Assembly: GCF_037042905.1 (NCBI RefSeq) | Contig: NC_087251.1 | Span: 9,302,001 to 9,366,000, forward strand | Length of the DNA: 64,000 bases | Direction of reading: 5' to 3' | Origin: Lytechinus pictus | Taxonomy: Eukaryota | Shown here: piece by piece, positions 10,901 to 25,500 of the stretch | Position numbering within the stretch: the first letter of the stretch is position 1 | How the letters are laid out: the number at the start of each line of letters is the position of its first letter | Made by a program: the position numbers and the translations under genes | The notes under the pieces: model-generated | The model's database searches: none | What the model saw: the letters and a program-made list of their open reading frames with translations, nothing else | What the model was told of the DNA's origin: nothing

Positions 10901-13900
10901 GCTTTCCCATATATCGTGTAATTATAAAACCAATACGATGTTATTTTCTCAAATGATTGAAATTTTTTATTGTACTTTCAATATATCAACAGACAAATTA
11001 TTTAACATCTGCTCCTGAAAAGAAAAGAAATATAGTCAGCATGAACTATCAAAAAAAGGAAAGAAATTTATGCATTTTATATTAAATTATGGCGTAGCTA
11101 CTCGTACATGATGTCACAAAATCAAAGTCACAGTCCTTTCCCTTTGCAACCAGACAACAGACAATTAAGTATGGATCCTCCTTTCTGCAAGTTATCAGAT
11201 TTTCTAATAAAAAGGGAACATCTGTAACAAAGCAGTACAATTTGTTTTCTTACACAGGATGTCTTGAGTTTCTAACCTGAATTTTGACTCTATAGCTTAA
11301 TTAAAAAAAACTCATTTCCATCTGGATAACTGGGGGAATGATCTGGGCTATATTATAAAAGCACAAGCATGATGGGCTTCTTCACATTTGCATAGCAAAC
11401 AATGGTATGGTATCAAATTATCCCAAGATAATTAACCGAAGTGAATATTGCTTTACAATTGCTGGATAATTCATCAAATCACATGCTAATCTGCTTGACT
11501 CCAGATTATAATCATGAAACAAAGTTTAAAAAAATTGTCTGATTATTGTGTCTTAACCTTCATTATTAATAATTTGAGATTGTTCTGACTCGGATAGTAT
11601 GCTGATTCAGAGAAAGCTGGATAATATGAAAATATAGGCTGATGTAATTGGCACTTGAGTTATCAGCCCATTAAACTCCTTCAGCAATTTTCCACCCCTT
11701 CTCTTGCCTATCTTCTGCATCCTTCCTCTTTTTCTTACCTTCTCCAATTTCTTTCTCCTTGACTCTCTCCAAAACTCCTCCCCCTCTCTATCTCCTTCCT
11801 TTCCCTCTATCTATCTCTGCAATTTATTTCTCTCTTCAAGTGTGCTGGCGCATAGAATTGGAATATCAAGCATGGCAAGAACTTGTACCCATTTAGGCTT
11901 AATTGCCCTTGATAATATTCCTGTCCCTTTCCTTAAACTTAATCTCAAGTTCCCCTCAAGAGAATAATTATGGCCAAACTTTAAGAAAGTGGTCATGAGT
12001 AAACTATTCTCTTGACTAATATACTAAACTACATATATCCCCCTCCAAGAGTTTCAACAACTCTCAAGGGAATATCTGCTCATCACATGCATCTACCCAA
12101 GAACAAATCAACTCCTTCTTATGAACATAACTAAAAGCATTAGCAAAAATTGAGGCATTTTGCTAAATGGTCCCTCCATTTGGAGATTACTATTTTCCAA
12201 ATATATACAATAAGAATACAGAGATATTCTAACATCTAAAAGGCAATGTAACATTTAACATAACTGTAAAGAATAAAAGTCCAATGGCATCGATCAAAAT
12301 ATGATATTAATTTTCATGGCATGGACTATTTACTTCTGGCAATTTTATCCACCCATTTGAAGGGATACAGAATTGTTCCAATCTGTGAAATACCAAATTC
12401 TTCAAATTTTCTTTTGGTTTTCACAATTAACAAATCTGGGAAAAAATTTTCCAGGTTAGTTTCATAACATCTTCTTGACCTTTGGAATGAAAAAAAAAAA
12501 AGCTTCTGTTATAATTTCTCATAATGGGTCAAATCAATCATTGATTCATATCTGGATTCCTTGATTTATTTATATATTCATACCTGGATTTAGTAGTTTT
12601 AGCAACTTAAATCTGTCAATCAAACAGGATTTGAAACAAATTTATATAAGTTACAGTTTTGACTGACTTCTTTGAATATATCTACAGGTACTTTCTTACA
12701 GTTCAATCAAATTTTAAAAAGCATTTACAAAATATCTTTACGTTTCTGTTTCTCTTTCATACTTTCTGCTTCCACTTTCTTCCTTTTCAATTTTTTTGGG
12801 AGGGGCGGGGTTAAGATGGTGGGTATCATGGATGCTGAAATTTACAATAATAATGTAAAACAATCTTTCAGTAAATGTCAAGTTATTTATTATTTCATAA
12901 TAGCCAAGATTCTCTTAGCTTTTTAAAATGAGAAATCCCTGTGCAAAGCTTTGGTAGAGGGTTAATAATGTAAATACCTTCATACCAATCTCGCAAAGGT
13001 GTAGTACCCTTTTGCCATTTTTCATCCATTGATTCAGTGAAAATTAGAATCAGATTTTTTTAATCCTTATAAAATGGGTAATTTAAACACTTATCTTAAA
13101 AGTTTATTCAGTGAATATAAAAAAGCTACAAGAATAATATACTAAAATTATCAGCTATATTTGAGAACTGGCTTTAGATTTTAAAAAACAAACACAAAAA
13201 CACAAAAGAACAAGCAGGTATATTATTCAAATAGGGTGCATCAAAATAAACTTTCATTTAAAATTGCAAACTCTTTCCAATAAAAAAAACACATTTTTAC
13301 TTATTTTATAACCACCACATCATAAATATTTTGGGGATATACAAACACAAATAATATAATAATGCATTGGAATAAGGATATTGATATTGGGTGCCCTATT
13401 TACAAGAACTTAAAAAAGTAAAGCTCTAATGCTGATTCATAAAGACACGGGTCTTATAATGAGGGTATGAACATTTCTGAGTAAATTATATCCCTTTCAT
13501 ACTGCCCTCTTCATTTTTCACCGGCGAACTTCGCTGGCGAACTTCGCTGGCGAACTTCTCTGCCTCGCATTCCTCACTTCCCCGGCGAAGAAAAAAATGT
13601 ACCTTTCGCACTGACATTTCTTCTCCGGCAAAAGTCAACGGGCGATTGGCCTCATTTGGCATTTCCGCGGCACAACGATTATTTATTTCCTTTAATTGTG
13701 TAGATCTAACTTGTTAGTAAAGTTGTCAAGATGACGGCTAGATCTAGTAAACAGTGTCAGTATTCCCTTGATTTAGTCAGTGCTCGGCACGTGCAGAACA
13801 AATGAAAGAAAATTGTAAACATTACTTCTTACCTATTACAAAAAGGTAAAAAAAAATTAATTACAACATATTTTGGAAGTATTACTAGAAAAACAAACAA

Positions 13901-16900
13901 TATCACTTTGTTTTCATATTTTAGTGCATTTTATACATGTAAAAAGTGCTTTTTAATAAATATTGTTAGTATACAAAAAAAATTATGTTCGATGGTATCT
14001 ACTTGGCCATAGCATTCAGCTGAGCTTGCAACTATCGCGCGCGGAATCTCGGTACAGGGGACTTCGGGAGAGAAAAAAATTGACCTCTGACGTCATTAAA
14101 GAGGAGAAGTTCTCCGGTTTGCTTTCATACTGGCCTTTTCACCTTCGCCGGTGAAACAGTTTCGCCGGCGAACTTCACCGGTGAATTTCTCCTGTGTACC
14201 TTTCATACTGGACACTTTCCCCTTCGCCGGTGAAAAGCGCAATATGAAAGGTGTATTAGATCAACACCAAGATACTCTTCAAGCCCAATTTGATTTGTGA
14301 TGCACATTGTGTAGACTATTTCAAATGGCTCATATAGTTTAATTATTCAATTATCTTAAGATTTAGACTTATATTCATTAATATCACTTTTCTGTAGACC
14401 TTAGAATGAAATTCTGTTTTTTCCAAAAGATTTGAAGTCAGTAATAATATGTAAGAAAAATATATTATCTTCATTGATATCTGTTCGATTAAAAAGATTT
14501 TTGACCAATTAGCAATTTCTATTACTTTGATTTGTAAAACAAATTACTCAGGAGTACCCACGCAATTATGCCAGTGGCTGATCAGGTGGTGACGGCAAAG
14601 GCATTGGAAGTATTTTGAGCAGAGAGAAAAAGTGGTGAAAATTAAAACTGCACTAAAAGTTCAGTAATGTCAACAGTCAACAATGGCCAGAAACTTGCAG
14701 CCTTGCCAGTATGAAAAACAAGAGTGTTGCTAAGGCGAGCACATAATACGCCCGCCTGTAAAGCGGAAAATGGAGACATCGTTCAAGCAACAAAAGTGGA
14801 AGGTGGCGACTTCACCTTTGACTGTCTGACCTCAATATCAATAGAATTCCTGAGATCTATGCTAGTATCATACAAACCAAATTATATGAGCCTAAAGGTT
14901 AAGTTAAACTGAAGTTATCACGTTTACAAGGACTGCAGCAGGGAAAGGTGAAAACATGTCACTGTGACCTTGACCTTTTGACCTCAAAATCAATAGGCTT
15001 CCTGGGATCCACGCTAGTATCATACACACCAAATTATATGAGCCTAGGTTAAGTTAAACTGAAGTTATCGCGTTTACAAGGACTGCAGAAGGTTACGATG
15101 AAAATATGTCACTGTGACCTTGACCTTTGACCTCAAAATCAATAGGCTTCCTGGGATCCATGCTAGTATCATACACATCAAATTATATGAGCCTAACTTA
15201 AGTTCAACTGAAGTTATCGCGTTTACAAGTAACTGCAGAAGGGTACGATGAAAATAGGTCACTGTGACCTTGACCTTTTGACCTCAAAATCAATAGGCTT
15301 CCTGGGATCCATGCTAGTATCATACACACCAAATTATATGAGCCTAGGTTAAGTTCAACTTAAGTTATCGCGTTTACAAGGACTGCAGAAGGGTATGATG
15401 AAAATAGGTTATTGTGACCTTGACCTTTGACCTTTTGACCTCAAATTCAATAGGCCTCCCAGGATCTATGCTAGTATTGTACATACCAAATTATATGAGC
15501 CTAGGTTAAGTTAAACTGAAGTTATCGCGTTTACAAGGAAAAGTTAACGGACGGACGGAGAGACGGGCGTATAAAAACATGATGTGACCATAGCTTTCGC
15601 TGAGATCATAAAAAAATACAATTTACTAGACACATTTTCATGAGTCTGACATTCATGCTCATGTATTACATATTGTAATACGAATATGAATCTAAAGACA
15701 ATATGAAAGGTTCAAAGACAATTTGAAAGGTTCTTGTAAAGTAAAGTCATTAAAATTGAAAGTAATGGGAGACACAGTTGGTTTTAATCATAATTATGTC
15801 AGTTCAACCACTTACAATTTAATAAAAAATAAATAAATTCAAAGGAAACATATGCACAAAAAATATCAAGAAGGAATAATATTACTTTCCCCACCTGTAC
15901 ATGGTAAACTAAAGAAAAAAATGCAGGTGTCTTATTTGAGGGGAGATATATAGGTCAGTAATAGCAGAACTAGTGCAATTCTTTGGATAATTTGATACTG
16001 ATAGGAAATTAATATAAAAGTGATATCTGATTTTCATAGATGGGGGAGGGGACATAGTTTGTATTTAACCTAATAATGAATTCATAGCAGAATATCATAA
16101 CCCATCATGTACATGTAACTCTCCATCAGCTCCAGATGGTAAGGTAACCTTGACTATAAGTACTGTGGAATATCATAACTATGGGTTTTTTTTCAAATAC
16201 TTTTTTCCATGTGTGCAAGTGCAATACATACATGCATATGCCATGACATCAATGAACTCCTAAACTAATGGAGTTGACTAGGCCTTTAAGAAATTTGATT
16301 AATCAAAATAAAATGATGTTAAAGACACCCAAGTGATGTCTGAAATTAAGTTTTAAATGGATAATTTGCTAATTGATTTTTCGACCTTAGCTATATCTTG
16401 GAATGTTAAAGGCTTGATGCATTATGGTGTGACGCCATGAATAAATAATCCAGAGTGCGTCTGCACCTGCGAATTAGCGGGATAATTCGCAAAATAGCAT
16501 GCTAATCCTAAGTTGACTTGGGATTGCAATCTCGAGATTATTCCAGCAAAATATCCCAATGATTGCATCTCCATTACAAATAATCTTGAGATTGTTCAGA
16601 TCGGGATAATTTGCCGGATCAAAAATAGCGTGCTTATTTGAAAACTCGGGCTGGTGCAGACGGCCCTATGGTTACTGCCTTTCTCTGTAGCCAATTATCC
16701 CTCCTCCTTGTTCTTTAATCTTCCTATCTACTCTTTATTCATCCTTCCTTCCTATTGTTCTCATTACCTATCCCTTGGGAGTAATATGAAATCAGGGGAG
16801 AACCCCTCCCCCATAAATGAGGTGATGTAATATATCTTCATGGTTTTTTAAGGTCTCTCTTTTCTCCCCTAGGGCATGAAAACTAACTTCTTTCCCCTGG

Positions 16901-19474
16901 GTCTCATTATCATTCTAAATCAATGATAAAACATGTTGTCTTATCCAACTGAAAATTTGACAACACAAACAATAGTTTTCTGTTAAATTGAAAAGAAGTA
17001 AATAAAAGTATATGAAGTCCCATTTTTGTCTGGTTCGGATTCTCATATAAGAAGGTGAGTAAGACAGATTTTTTTTAGGCTGATTATGATCTCCCCTTGC
17101 ATTTATGAACTTCCATATGAGTTTCAATCTCAAATTTTCATATATGTATGAAATAAAGCCAAAGACTTCGGAAAATATCCATCTTTGCTTGGAATCACCC
17201 ATAAGTATAAAAACAGAAAATATGATAGTCTCTTGACATATATCAAATCAAAAATTGAATATTGAATATACAGTGAATAATTCCAGAAAAACATAAAATA
17301 ATCTGAGAAAAACTTGGGATTGAAAAATTCCATATATGCATGATCTGAGTAAGGTCAATTATTCACAGGAGACAGTATAATTAGGTGATCTGTCAATCGA
17401 CAGATCAACTATTAATTTCGTACAAATTTTCTTTTTTATTTATTTATTTATTATTTATTTTTATTTTCCACCCTTTTCTTGTTAGCACAAAATCTCAAAA
17501 TCTACATCATCAATTATCTTCAGAATATCATCAGATATGGGGACCTATCATGTGATGTGTATAAGACAAGTTCAAGGTCAAAAGGTCATCATGACGTCAT
17601 CTAGACGCCATTTTGTAAAATCACATTATCAATCATATCTTCATTATCAATTATAAAAAATTAACAATATTTACATCACATTAACTTCAGGTCAAGGGTC
17701 AACTGTCCATGTCATTAAAGGTCATGTAAAGGTCACGACGTGCGCGTACGCGCGCGTCAAAATTTTAAAATGCTCAAAGTCACTTTTTTACCAAAGTTGA
17801 GTACTAATCAGGTCATTTTTAGCATTTCAATAATTTGCGCGCACGCACATTTACGCGCGCGTTCTCGCGCGTAACGGCACTATACAACATAGGATCGGCA
17901 TTTTTTTTAATATCAATGCATTGATTATATAATTCTGAGTAATTTGATACCTTGATCAACCTTTTACGACAAGTAATAACGGAATAAGCCTCCATCAAAG
18001 TTTACAGCACGCACGTGCGCGCGCACTAACCATAGACAATATATGTGCAAAAATATGCCTATACAAAATTCATTATAGCTCTTTAGATAATCCGTTGACC
18101 CCCGATTTTTTTTTCATATTCCAATATTGTATAGATGGGAGATATGATTTCATGTCACATTTGACCCTTAATTTTATCATGACGTCATCAAAGTGGCGTC
18201 GAAACTCAAAATTACCACTTTGCTACCTATGATGTCATCATAGTTATGCAAATTTGACACTAACTCCTCAAATATTGGCCAATTTTCGCTCAGTTTTCAA
18301 TATATTGTAGCTGAGGACATACTCTTTTTAATTTGATGGCTTTATTTTCTTTTAAAGGAATGGATCATCCTGAAAAATGGCAAGTTATAGAGGCATGTCA
18401 TTTTCGCTCATTTTGTGTGCAATCTCTATGGGAAATGACTTTTTCTCAAAACTGGATTTTACATTCTTCTATTTCGTGAGCCATATCTCCATTTCTTTTT
18501 GTCAGTTTTCTCTGAGCTTGGAGTATGTTGTAGCTGAGATTGTAAGCTATTGCAAGTGTGGTCTCCATTTTCCAATCAGATGCTGAGATCATGCCCGTAT
18601 TTCACTTGCAAAATTGGATTTGAGATCCTCTCAATTTGCTATGTGTAAAGTCTATGGGAAATAGTGCTTATGTGTAAAAGTCTATGGGAAATAGTGTAGC
18701 TCAGTTGATAAGGCATCAGACTTGCAATCCTAAGGTCGAGGGTTGGAACCTCGGGGTGAACATTTTTTTTTTTTTTTTTTTTCTTTTCAACATTTCACAA
18801 ATGGTCCTTCATGACCGTTACAAGGTATATAAGTTAAAACATTGTGCAATAAAATAGTTTTAAAAATCCTTTTAATATAACATGTACATGTACCATGTAT
18901 ATCATTTACACCTATTTTCCAAAGTTTCTCATTTCTTTCTTTTCAAGAGTATTCAACACATTCTTTTCGTAAGAGAAGTTCAGTTTTCATCATGATGATC
19001 ATATTGATCTCAATAAACATGCTGATTGTCTTCCTGATCATGAAATCAGAGACAGATCACCTAATTCGTCCTCATGACGAATTAAAATTCTAGTTTTCCA
19101 TTGTATCTGTGAATTGTTATAGTAGAATTATACACAAGAGGTTAAGTGAAAGAAAACAAATCATTTCATCTTTGATGTGATTAAAGCTCCTTATCAGCTT
19201 TCATCATAAAGTTAAATTTATGGGAAAATAAATGTAAATATGGCAATATCACTGATACAATGTTTTGCATTTTGTAGTGTACATAATATCATTGGAGGTG
19301 GAAGCCAAAAAATTTAGGGGGGTCCACCTGAAATTTTGGGATGGACACAGGTAAAAAATTTGCCAAGCCAAAAAAAAAAAAAAAGATTATCAACCAAAAT
19401 TTTAGGGGGGGACTACACAAATTTCAGGGGGGGGTCCACCTGAATTTAGGGGGATGCAGGAAACAAAATTGACA

Positions 19475-19508
<34 letters not shown>

Positions 19509-22500
19509 TTATCAACAAAAAATTTAGGGGGGGATCATCCCCCCTAATCAAATTTAGGGGGGCAGGACCATATATATATATGCCATATATCAAATGATTT
19601 TTTTTTTTTTTTTCCCTCAAGAAGGAAAAATCATATAAGTTCATTCATTGTCGCAGGTCCACTGTATTTTAATCACTGGAAACGAGTGTAAAACTTAATC
19701 AGGAAATGTAGAATGGAAAATTACCTGGAATTGAACAGAATGACCAGTTTAGGCAAAATGGTTAGCCTTTTAAATACAATAATGGGTGTAGAGTCTGAAG
19801 TGAAAACTTATAATTTAACTCAGGACTGAAAATTTGTAAAAAAAGAAAAACAAAACAAAAAAATAGCAAATCAATGATGACAAAATTTTACACAATTTTA
19901 ATTTCAGCCCAGTTGACACTGTAGTGAATATTATAGGTGACATAAATTGATGAAACAGAAACGAAATTGATAAAGAAAGTATATTTTGTGATCTTTGAAT
20001 AAATTTCGTATGAATTAGCATGAATAATCTTATAGTCAAAATTTCTAAACTCTTGTGTAGAACCTTGGTGAACCTCATGTAGCTCTCAGATGGAACAAAA
20101 TAATCAAATCAATCAACAAATAAATAAGTATTTTTGTGACTTTTGAAAAAATATGCATAAATTAGCATATTTAATGAGTTTCAAAATTCTGTGTTGAAAT
20201 TTTGTAACACCACCTAGAGCTATCATATAAAGCAAAAACAAATTCAAATTGATCAACAAATGAAGGAGAAAATTTTCTTTTTTGTGATTTATGAATAAAT
20301 TTTGCATAAATTAGCATATTTTTCTAGTCAAAATTTAAAAATTCTGTGTGGAAATTTGGTGATCCTCATGTAGCTCTACCAGATGGATGAAAAAAATATA
20401 TAAATTGGTCAACAATTAAAGAAGAAGCATTTTTTGTAATTATGAATAAATTTTGCATAAATAAGCATAAATAATTTTCGAGACAAAATTTTCATAATTT
20501 TGTGTACAAGTTGGGGAACCTTTTACAAGACAACTGGGGTAACTGGGGAAATCCTTGGTGTTGATTGGCAAAGAATCACTAGTCTATGTTACTATGGTTA
20601 TTATACAAATGATGCATGGGTTAGAGTGGGTCAGTAGGAACTGTGTGCACAAGGTAACTTTGGCATAGTTTAACCTACGAGGCGCAGCCGAGTGGGTTTA
20701 GACCATAATGCCAAAGTTACCACGTGCACACAGTTCCACTGACCCACGAAAGAAACCCATGCATCATCTGTTTTATAGAATGGAAAAATTTATTGAACCA
20801 CAAAATTAATGATTTACCGGATGCATGATAATTTCATGCGTCTGGCAAATTCAATTTACCGGACGCATGAAAAAATTTACCAGACGCATGAAAACTCCAA
20901 AATGTAATGCAGACCCTTTGATAACCCTGGACAACATAAATATGTATGCCTAACTTGATAATATGTTGGCACAAAGGCATTATTATACCTAAAATGCCAG
21001 ATACAGCTTTGCATTGACTAACATTAGATCTATGAGGCAGCCTAAGACCTCCAATAGCTGTGTGTGTATGCCCGGGCCGCGCCGGGGGCCAGCGCCTACA
21101 GCTGCCTGGGCCTGCAGTGGAGATTTGGCTGTGCACAGCCAGCCCAGGGCAGTAGATCTAACGTTAGATCGTATGTCTGGACTTCTCAACTAATGAGTAT
21201 GCGGGCAGTTTTAATCCCTATAACAATTACGGTACTGTATTTGTACTAACAGATCATTTTGCATCCTTTATTTGATTCATTCTGCCTTGATCGAAAATTA
21301 AAAATTTTGACGTAAACAAACGTAACAGTACATGCGCGATGACATCACAATGAACTTTCGGGCGATAGCTTGTTTACAGTGGATATCGTTTTGATTATCG
21401 GGATATCGTTCATGCAGCCCAGTAAAAATTCTTGCATAGCTCTCAACCAATCAGATTGCAGGGATTTTCTCATCCATTCTATAATATAACTTAAGATAAT
21501 GACAACTTGTCAATACTGATAAGCTTCATGACATTGTGCAGCAAAATAGGGTGTTATCCCCCACATGTATGTTGGACCAGTAAAGGCACTTCAGGTTCCT
21601 CACACTAATGAAACAAGTCTTACAAAGTCTGATAAGAATTTGAAGTTTAAAAAAAAATGTAAATAATAAAAATAATTGGATCCAATGACAGGGGAGAAAA
21701 ACATGTCTGCAGATAATCTGAGGTGCCAGGGATATCTTGGAAAGGGGAAGGGTGCAAGACGACCTATAGGTGACACCATTGTTTCCCCTTCAATTGAATT
21801 TAAGGGGTAGTATAGGACAGGGAATAATTTTCCTGGTATCGCATTGCAAGTTGCTCCACATTTTTGAAAGACTGCTATGCATAAATTCTTTTGCATAGCA
21901 TATTTTTACATAGGAGTGTACATTACTTAGTTGAGAGCTTTTCTCTTTTAACCAAAAATGCTATTCAAATTTGTTAAGCAAAATTATTCCCTATAGGATT
22001 ATATACGACATCATACTCTCTTTTTTAATTCTCTTCTTTCTATTTATTCCCTTTCTTTCCTATCAACCTTCTCTTTTTATTTACATCATAGGGGGAGGGG
22101 TTTCAATACTACCCCTTCCAATGAAGTTACAAGTGCCTAGATATGATGTTCTTTATTTGCTATACAAAAAGGCAAATATTATTTTCCAGTTTATACAAGA
22201 TCTACAAGTATATGCATCAGGAGTTTATGAAAGCTGAAAAATTCATCTTTTTTCCATCTTGGTATCATAAATTCATTTTACAAAGCTTTACTTTTTCTAA
22301 AGAGAGAAGTTGAAAACAACCTTGAGGAATCATATTTGGGTTTATATTTGTTTTGTGCTGACTGCAATGTGAACAGTATATGTCATCATGTGGTATTAAA
22401 GCACTATATGGGCATCAATCCAGCAGCTGGAGCTCATGAATATTCATATCTCTGTACTCTGTCGGCGATATTGGTAGGCACAGGCTTGGTGCTTGTCCGA

Positions 22501-25500
22501 TGTTTTCTGACAAGATCTGTTTTATCCGACAGTTACTGTACCATAGTGCTTCTCAGCCAATTTGTCAAAAATTTTGATGAAATGCTCCCCTGAGTATGAA
22601 AATCAAAAGCGCAAGAGGGGCGTTCATCAACAGATCTTATGAATATTCATGAGCATGCTGCAGGATTGGTGCCCATATGGTGCTTACCTCTCTGTGTAAT
22701 GTTGAAACTCTGTATTTGTTGTAGAGAGAATTTTCTTACCTTTTGAACAGGGTGGATGAATGGGCACTTAGAGTTACTGCAATTGGGATAAAACTTGCAT
22801 ATCGTCTTGCGTGCAGTTGCTGTAAAAATAGAGAAAATATGCAGATTTAAAAAAAAAAGCCCTTACTCTACTCTAAATCTTCAAACCAAGAGTTTGGAAG
22901 AAAAAAATAACTGCAATGATGCCCTTACCCTATACCCTCATATTAAGCAATGAGTTCAATTATGATTCACTTTGACATTCTATAATTTGATAAGTGTGGG
23001 GGCAGCCTGACTACAAAGGGGGGGGGGGATACTGGGATAGTACGTGCATTGCAGACCACTTCCTTCACAAACCACACTGGTCAATGCATAGAATATGCCT
23101 CTGATACTGCATGACTCACTCTTATTCTCTCAGCAATGTCCAACAAACTGTTTTATTTTTATCTTTTGAAATATGAATTCAATACAGTACGTGAAAGCAG
23201 GTTGTTTGTCTGAATTGACTGCAAAATGGCAAAAAAAGTGGGATTTAAGTATTTTCTGAAAAGCTCCTTTTTATAAAAGTGACATCCAAAATCACTTTCC
23301 ATCAAATCTAATGCAAATGTAATCTTCCAGAAAGATTACTTGCCATAGTGCCCCAAGAAATTAATGAATTGTACTGGATAAAACATACAAAGGAATAAGT
23401 TCTACTTAAGGGATTCAATCATTTATCATGTGACCCAAAAAATAAATTGGGTTCAAACATTATACAATTCACAAGTGTGTTTCTCGAAATTTCTAATTAA
23501 AGAAAATTAGGATCAATGATGTTTTCAAAGTTTATTATGGAAGTATCATTCAATATCTAGTATTTGATTGTTGTTACTGTCTCGCAAAATAAATTGGAAC
23601 AAATAAAAAAGGGAGATTTGCTTTCAAAATATTTTTTAATAATTCAGTTGAAGGGTGAAAAAAAAATTGTGTCAACTTTTACATGATCATCAATCAAATA
23701 TTAACACTTTATCACAAACCTCTTTACAAGAAATATACATATAAACTGTTTTCTGAAATTTGAATATCAAAATGTACAAAGATAGAGGCGATCATAAAAT
23801 TTGTTCATTCCAATAAGAATGTCCCTCTTATCGAGTGAAAAGTACCTAAAGAATCCACCTCATAAAAGTATTTACCAAGCACTATATGGTATAAGAAACC
23901 TCTTCAATGGTCTAATATATGGATATCAAAATTTGAGTACAGTATACAAATACATGTATACAGACTTGAGGGCAATTTTGTATAGAAATAACATTATTTG
24001 CTCTTGGCCCTACCAGAAAGACATTGTGCCTGTTAGCTATTTCAATAAAATTTAAATATAATGAGATAAAAATAAAATTCATAGTGATAAAAACAAGTGG
24101 AACGCCTCTGGCAGTCTCGCCTGCATTACGCAATTTAATATAGCAGCAGTGCTAACTTTGAAAACTACTATAAAATAATCATTCACAAAAACACCATTCA
24201 TATAATGACATAATACCACGTTCATTGACCAAAGATGACATTTGAACGGTGACTTAAGACTTGTCAACTACACCCATGTCCACATTTCATTCATTCTATC
24301 CATAAACTTTCAAAGTTATGATGGCAATTCAACAATTACCCCAACATGGCCTAAGTTTATTGACCTTAACTGACCTTTGACCTTGGTTTTGTGACCTGAA
24401 ACTCACAGGGGATGTTCAGTGATACTTGATTACTCTTATATCCCAAGTTTTATGAAATAGATCCATAAACTTCAGAGTTAGGATGGTAATTCAACAAATA
24501 CCCCCAACACGGCCAAAGTTCATTGACCTTAAATGACCTTTGACCATGGTCATCTGACCTGAAACTCGTACAGGATGTTCAGTGATACTCGATTACTCTT
24601 ATGTCCAAGTTTTATGAACTAGATCCATAAACCTTCAGAGTTAGGATGGTAATTTAACAAATACCCCCAACACGGCCAAAGTTCATTGACCCTAAATGAC
24701 CTTTGACCTTGGTCATGTGACCTGAAACTCGCACAGGATATTCAGTGGGACTTAATTAATCTAATGTCCAAGTTTCATGAACTAGATCCATAAATTGTCA
24801 AAGTTATGATAGTAATTCAACAAATACCCCCAACTTGACCAAAGTTCATTAACCCTAAATGACCTTTGACCTTGGTCATGTGACCTGAAACTCGAGCAGG
24901 ATGTTCACTAATACTTGATTAACCTTATGCCCAATTTTCATGAACTAGGTCCATATACTTTCTAAGTTATGTCATTTCAAAAACTTAACCTTCGGTTAAG
25001 ATTTTGAAAATAATTCTCCCAACATGGTCTAAGTTCATTGACCCTAAATGACCTTTGACCTTCGTCATGTGACCTGAAACTCAGGCAGGATGTTCAGTAA
25101 TACTTGATTAACCTTATGTCCAAGTTTCATGAACTAGGTCCATATACTTTTTAAGTTATGATGTCCTTTCAAAAACTTAACCTTAGGTTAAGATTTGATG
25201 TTGACGCCGCCGCCGTCGGAAAAGCGGCGCCTATAGTCTCGCTCTGCTATGCATGCGAGACAAAAAGGGAGATTTGCCCCCAAAATGTATAAAAAGTCCC
25301 TGTAAATTCCAAAAGACCATATATACTGTACACTGCCATTAGGAAATTCAAATATTACCATATTACACTTACTGGGAATAAACAAGTTTTACAAAATATC
25401 TGATCATTACTTGATTTTGACATAGTTTTTAAACTAATTTTTCTCTCTCCTGTTATTCACAGGGGAGTCAAAAGTATATTGAAAACTTCTTTTATACTGG

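Noticed and set aside
9035..10910. 566-aa and 621-aa repetitive ORFs (also 8186-8525)
   Set aside because: By-products of a stop-free 39-bp unit; no synonymous-site pattern or exon context.
18692..18762. Functional tRNA gene
   Set aside because: Acceptor and anticodon stems do not pair and the T-loop is mutated.
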